DNA from: a bacterium
Lineage (GTDB): Bacteria > SAR324 > NAC60-12
Reading direction: 5' to 3'
Assembly: GCA_965205865.1 (NCBI GenBank)
Contig: CBDBHR010000008.1
Location: 1 to 11,464, forward strand
Length of the DNA: 11,464 nt
Shown: piece after piece, positions 7,009 through 11,464 of the stretch
Position numbering within the stretch: position 1 is the first letter of the stretch
How the letters are laid out: every line of letters starts with the position of its first letter
Program-made: the position numbers and the translations under genes
Notes under the pieces: generated by a model
Seen by the model: the letters and a program-made list of their open reading frames with translations, nothing else
Databases searched by the model: none
What the model was told of the DNA's origin: nothing

Positions 7009-8190
7009 CCTAATTCCGCATTGGGAGCACTAGAGAGCAGCAATCTACCCAGCAAGTCAAATTTTCAAAGACTTTCCGGTCTTGCCGCAAAAACGGGGAA
7101 AGCCAACTTTGATATTGCGGAATGGATGCTGATTGCATTGCTTGAGAGCCTCAATAACAGTACGGCTTGTTTAGCAATGCTCTGTAAAACGGCAACTGCG
7201 CGTAAAGTATTAAAGTATTTGTGGAGTCATGAGGCGAATATCTATCATTCTTCCATGCATCGGATTGATGCCAAAAAATACTTTGAAGTATCGGTGGATG
7301 CTTGTCTCTTCATCACTCATGTAAAGAAAGGCAGAAGGGAGAAAACCGCAGCCGTTTACTCAGATTTGAATTTTGAAGATCCGATTTCCAAATTGGGAAT
7401 TCGTGGAAATGAGTTGATTGCAAATATTGATGATTACCAACAATTTCAGGATATTGATGGAATTGAATATTACAAATGGCGCTCTGGTCTTAAACATGAT
7501 GCTGCAAAAGTCATGGAGTTAACCAAAAGTAATGCCCATTATATTAATGGGTTTGGAGAACAGATAGAGATTGAAGTTGCCTATGTTTATCCCCTTTTGA
7601 AATCTTCTGATTTGGCAAATCAACGTCTGACTCCCAGAAAGCATGTTATCGTAACTCAATGCAATATTGGAGATGAGACTGAGCCTCTCATGGAAGAAGC
7701 CCCCAAAACATGGCAATATTTAGAAAAATACTCCAATATTTTAGGCAATAGAAAAAGTAGCATTTATAAAAATCGCCCCCCATTTTCTATTTTTGGCATT
7801 GGAGATTATAGTTTTTCTCCATGGAAGGTTGCTATCTCCGGATTGTACAAGAAAGTCGAGTTTTCTGTGATTGGTAATGTTGAAGGTAAGCCAATTATGC
7901 TTGATGATACCTGCTACTTTATTCCCTGCGAATTAGAGGAAGAAGCCACTTTTATTAGTCATCTATTAAATTCTGAAATATCTCAAAAGTTTTTAAATTC
8001 TCTCATTTTTTTTGATTCAAAACGACCTGTCAATATAGACGTGTTAAAGCGCATTGATTTAAAAAAATTGGCAGAACGTTACCACCTTGAGGAGCAAGCT
8101 ATCCAGTATCTCTCAAATGCTCAAGTAATGTTCACACAACAATCTCTCTTCGTATTCGAAAACCAAGAAAGTTATCGAACAATTGGATGA
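7009..8190 (+). pseudogene. 5'-truncated N6-adenine DNA methyltransferase (restriction-modification type)
   Basis: NSALGALESSNLPSKSNFQRLSGLAAKTGKANFDIAEWML is the segment that normally follows GNPPWVT in this MTase family. Also LAMLCKTATARKVL, IDAKKYFEVSVDAC and KVAISGLYK..KPIMLDDTCYF. No SAM-binding motif I or NPPW motif IV is present. Confidence 0.75.
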
Positions 8191-8311
8191 ACAACGGCTT
8201 GTGGGGGCTGCACTTTTTCCAATTCGGGACAGTCGCCCGGTTCTTGGAGACTCGACGGGTCCGCTTTGAGGTGTGCCGAAGCGGCGAGGAGGGACCAACG
8301 GCGCGGGTTCT

Positions 8312-8350
8312 CGACGTGGGACGGCAAGCTCGTGCCGCCGTCCCTCGTCG
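8312..8350. terminator. Strong GC-rich hairpin downstream of the ABC binding-protein gene
   Basis: CGACGTGGGACGGCAAGC-TCGT-GCCGCCGTCCCTCGTCG, 16 nt after the stop codon. No U-tract, so it may be a stabiliser rather than a terminator. Confidence 0.5.
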
Positions 8351-8366
8351 TCATCCGGCGATTCTC

Positions 8367-10196
8367 CTAAAACCCCATTTCCTTCTTCAGCTCCTGGTCA
8401 ATCCAGAGGCGGGCGAAAATGGAACGACGGTCCGGGAGTCCCAGATCAGATTCACCGTAATAACCCTTGACCCACGCCTGGATCGCGTTAAAGGATGGAA
8501 CTTTAGGACCCCATACATAAGTGAAATTCTTTATCTGGTACATATCTGCCTCTTTAGCTAGCTTAATCTGCTCCTCAATGGTGGTAGCTGCGGAGGCGGC
8601 GTCAACCATGGCGTCATAAGCCGGGTCCTTGAATCCGGGACGGTTCCCTTTAAATGTCGATTGAAGGAACTGTAGCCCCCACATAACACTATAATCTATG
8701 GCGGCCACCATATTGACCATGCCTTCGAACGTATGTTCGTTGATACTAGAGATATGGCGAGGGACATCCACTGTCTTAATCTGTACATGAACTCCGATGT
8801 CAGCCCAGTAGGCGGCCGCTAATTCTGCATAGTCTAAAGGGAAATACTCAGAGAGGTTTTCCAAGGTGGTCTTGAATCGAATGCCGTCGGCGCCACGCGG
8901 ATACTCAGCCTCATCAAGCAACGTTTCTGCCCCTTCCGGGTCATAGGTATAGCGTTCCTTGATCTCTTTGGGCCACTCTTCAAATGGGATGTGATACTCG
9001 ACGAGACCATCCCCTAGCATCCCCTGAGGTTTCCACTTTGCATAACTCTTAAAGAAGGTCTTGTTAATGGTCTCAAGGTCCAGTGCCTTCTGCATTGCTA
9101 TGCGCACCCTGATGTCGTCAAAGGGCGGCTTGAGCATGTCCAGAGCAAAGCTCTGATTCGAACGATTGTATTGCGAGAATAGCTCGATTTCGGGGTTCAT
9201 CTGCTGGAGCCTGAATACCTGGTCGATAGACTTTATGTCAGCTCCCGTGTTGGAACCTGCGTAGTCAAGCCTACCTGAACGAAGTGCCGCCAGAATTGTT
9301 GCATCCTCTTTCATAATCAGGCCCTTTAACCGGTCAGTATAGGGCAGGCGGTTCTCCGGGTATTTTTCGTCGGTGCCCCAGTAGTCAGGATTCTTGTCGT
9401 AGGTCATAGAACTGCCCTCGACCCACTCAGTCATCATCCAGGGTCCGGTGCCGACGAGGTCCCTCCAATCTTTAATGTCGCCGTGTTGCTGGATGACCTC
9501 GGGGGGTAACACCCACAGACAGGGGCCGATGAGGATCTCCCTCAGCGCATCGAGGTTTACCGCCTTCAGCTTGATAACAACCGTCCATTTGTCGGTGGTT
9601 GTTACCGATTCGAATGGTAGACTGACGAGTGCCGAACAAATGCCGGCAAGGGTCGGTTCGCTGAAGCCGCTGCCCAGACCCAACATCCGGTGGAAAGAAT
9701 ACTCGACGTCACTGGCAGTTAGCTCTCGACCGGACATCGGCGCCTTGTTGTGCCATTTGACTCCGCTACGGATCTTGAACATGTACGTGAGAGGATCCGG
9801 GGTCTCCCAGCTTTGCGCCAGCTGCCCTTTTATGGCAAACAGAGGGAATAACTGATTTTGGAAGCGAAATAGATCCCTGTCCGTTGCCCAGTTCCCGATG
9901 CCTAGCTTTTCTGAAACGCCACTGAGGGGGTCGCAGGTAGAGAACCAGATGTCAGTATTCGGCGGCACACACTTCTGGGCATAGGTGATTGACCCGCCAT
10001 ACTCTGGTGCGGTCAATACCTGCCCGGTGGCCGGATCTTTGACCATCTTTTTCTCAGCAGCAGCTGTCGGGCCCATCGAAAGGACAAATACACCCAGGAT
10101 GAGAGCCAGCAGCACCGAGAGGAGTTTTGCAGCAGACCAGGTGCCTGCCGCGATCAGCCCCACGACGGGGGCGAAGCATTTCTTCATAATACTCAT
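8367..10196 (-). CDS. ABC transporter substrate-binding protein, family 5 (OppA/DppA/NikA-like), 609 aa; alternative in-frame start at 10325
   Basis: LAQSWETPDPLTYMFKIRSGVKWH..GRELTASDVEYSF, VGTGPW, KNPDYW, PPFDDIRVRIAMQKALD and YDPEGAETLLDEA. Signal peptide (MSIMKK...LLSVLLALILGVFVLSMGPTAAA-EK). AGAGG RBS upstream of 10196. Confidence 0.93.
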   Translation of the reverse strand: MSIMKKCFAPVVGLIAAGTWSAAKLLSVLLALILGVFVLSMGPTAAAEKKMVKDPATGQVLTAPEYGGSITYAQKCVPPNTDIWFSTCDPLSGVSEKLGIGNWATDRDLFRFQNQLFPLFAIKGQLAQSWETPDPLTYMFKIRSGVKWHNKAPMSGRELTASDVEYSFHRMLGLGSGFSEPTLAGICSALVSLPFESVTTTDKWTVVIKLKAVNLDALREILIGPCLWVLPPEVIQQHGDIKDWRDLVGTGPWMMTEWVEGSSMTYDKNPDYWGTDEKYPENRLPYTDRLKGLIMKEDATILAALRSGRLDYAGSNTGADIKSIDQVFRLQQMNPEIELFSQYNRSNQSFALDMLKPPFDDIRVRIAMQKALDLETINKTFFKSYAKWKPQGMLGDGLVEYHIPFEEWPKEIKERYTYDPEGAETLLDEAEYPRGADGIRFKTTLENLSEYFPLDYAELAAAYWADIGVHVQIKTVDVPRHISSINEHTFEGMVNMVAAIDYSVMWGLQFLQSTFKGNRPGFKDPAYDAMVDAASAATTIEEQIKLAKEADMYQIKNFTYVWGPKVPSFNAIQAWVKGYYGESDLGLPDRRSIFARLWIDQELKKEMGF

Positions 10197-10433
10197 AATA
10201 ACCTCTTTTAATTGAGGGTGTTGAGAGCGATTCACCCGCCATGGGGCGAATCGGATTTTTGCAGCAGACACGGCGTCTGCCACGGTCAGCCCCATGATGG
10301 GGGCGAAAAGTTGCTTCAAAGACATATGAACTCCTTTACAAGAGATTGAAAATAATTCACCCCACCATGGAGCGAATCGGGTTTTTGCAGCAGACACCAC
10401 GTCTGCCACGGTCAGCCCCACCAAAAGGGTGAG
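10125..10433 (-). repeat. Tandem array of the three-hairpin repeat (two full copies plus one partial), period 126-132 bp
   Basis: GCAGCAGAC anchor at 10129, 10261 and 10387. Full units at 10229-10307 and 10355-10432; the 10125-10175 unit lacks hairpin 3 and lies in signal-peptide codons. Confidence 0.85.
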
Positions 10434-10462
10434 GCATAAGAAAACAATTTATTCGGTTTCAT
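10412..10462 (-). CDS. Possible leader peptide MKPNKLFSYASPFWWG (16 aa)
   Basis: GAGGGA RBS-like sequence, ATG at 10462, TGA at 10414-10412. The TTT TGG TGG codons overlap hairpin 1 of the first repeat. Confidence 0.35.
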   Translation of the reverse strand: MKPNKLFSYASPFWWG

Positions 10463-10538
10463 ACTATTATTCCCTCATTACAGATTAATCATTCCCCACC
10501 TTCTTCACTCACTTGAGCGTGAAGCATTCTCGGATGAC

Positions 10539-10566
10539 ATGCTAGCACTTTCCACTCACGAGTCAT
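10539..10566 (-). promoter_or_regulatory. Possible promoter for the ABC binding-protein leader
   Basis: ATGACT, 16-nt spacer, TAGCAT with TGn extension. Followed by a CTTCAC...GTGAAG hairpin (10503-10524). Confidence 0.35.
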
Positions 10567-10774
10567 TTAAGATGGGATGAAAACAAGATTGCTCAGAAAC
10601 AGGAACGCCTGCCGGCAGATTTTTTTCATTTGATCGCCTTCCCAAACAATCCTTTAGGAGGCATTTTTGCAGAAGAAGAAGAAGTCAAATTTTATTCCAT
10701 TTTTTTTTCATTTTGAGCAAAAAAAGTTAGATTGTATTAAATGGCACTTCGACGCTCTCTGGTTTTGGGCAGGA

Positions 10775-11101
10775 TTACCGGGGCCTGGAGGGGATTTCAG
10801 GGGGCTGAGGATGAATGGCAAGCACCAAACAGGAGGCTAATTCCTCCGGGTCGAGGCTGGATAGGACTCGCTGAAACGTATCATGAGATGGAATACCGTG
10901 AGGCAATTCCAGAAACTGAGCAAACCACTCTCGTTTGGATTGACCATAATCGGCTATATCTTCCCAACCATCGGCTCCACAAATGACAGCACACAACGAA
11001 ATAACCCAGATGTCCAATAAGAGATGGCGGGAATTATCGCGTCTAGGATCACTCAGTTCTGAAAAATGTTCTAGGATCTTTGATGAAAGAACTAAACTCA
11101 T
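10775..11101 (-). pseudogene. ISAs1-family transposase N-terminal fragment (H-repeat-associated domain)
   Basis: HFSELSDPR..RHLLLDI.VISLCAVICGADGWEDIADYG.SKREW...FLELPHGIPSHDTFQRVLSSLDP. Similarity ends near 10826 with no DDE core. GGAG RBS before the ATG at 11101. Confidence 0.9.
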
Positions 11102-11180
11102 ATGCACGCTCCATGATAGGTTCCAAACTTATGACAATACCGGATAGTGAGACCTATCTGAGAAAAATGCAATCAAAATC

Positions 11181-11197
11181 CAAATGCGATTGCCCTA
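11181..11197 (-). repeat. Left terminal IR of the ISAs1 element
   Basis: Minus strand TAGGGCAATCGCATTTG resembles ISAs1-family ends (CAGGGCAATCGCAT), about 95 bp upstream of the ORF. Confidence 0.65.
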
Positions 11198-11464
11198 CAT
11201 CTAAATACCTAACTAGTGCTTGGCCGAAAAATACACAAATTGCTGATATTAAATGACATTTATTCAATTTCACAGGATGAAGATTTGTTTGATACAGTGT
11301 TCAGATGGCCAAAGTCAGCAAAAAATGGGATTTTTGATGAGTTTCCCCAAAATCTTCGTTTCTTGAAAATAGGTGAATACCATTAAATATCATGTTAAGT
11401 CTTTCATTAATTATATCAAGATGATAAACTGATATTTGTGACGCGAAGATTTGAGAAAACCCGA

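Noticed and set aside
10197-10424. 685-aa ORF-track start (TTG at 10424) for the binding protein
   Set aside because: No SD at that position; the open frame is explained by in-frame repeats. ATGs with SD at 10196 and 10325 are better supported.
10125-10433. CRISPR array
   Set aside because: Units are about 80 bp, divergent and overlap coding sequence; the period of about 130 bp and the lack of cas genes do not fit.

Overview
Transposon-dense accessory region. An IS5-family (IS1031-like) transposase is split by an intact-looking ISNCY/IS5-like element (222-2054, 17-bp TIRs, TAGCTG duplication). Next come an ISAzo13 stub, an IS1380 element (16-bp TIRs, no TSD), a ParE/RelE-like toxin-antitoxin pair, and an IS91/ISCR-like rolling-circle transposase whose oriIS end abuts a decapitated DNA adenine methyltransferase. 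The right part holds a family-5 ABC substrate-binding protein gene and an ISAs1 fragment. The most interesting signal is a ~80-105 nt three-hairpin sequence present four times on the minus strand. One copy lies between a near-consensus sigma70 promoter and an RBS/ATG and ends in a terminator-like hairpin plus U-tract (4389-4500). Three more (two full, one partial) lie in tandem at the 5' end of the ABC binding-protein gene (10125-10433). It is a candidate cis-regulatory RNA/attenuator that I cannot match to a known family. A 21-bp CTTG+GCGAAAGC mini-palindrome occurs twice and behaves like an insertion. Family assignments come from motif recognition only; no searches were run.
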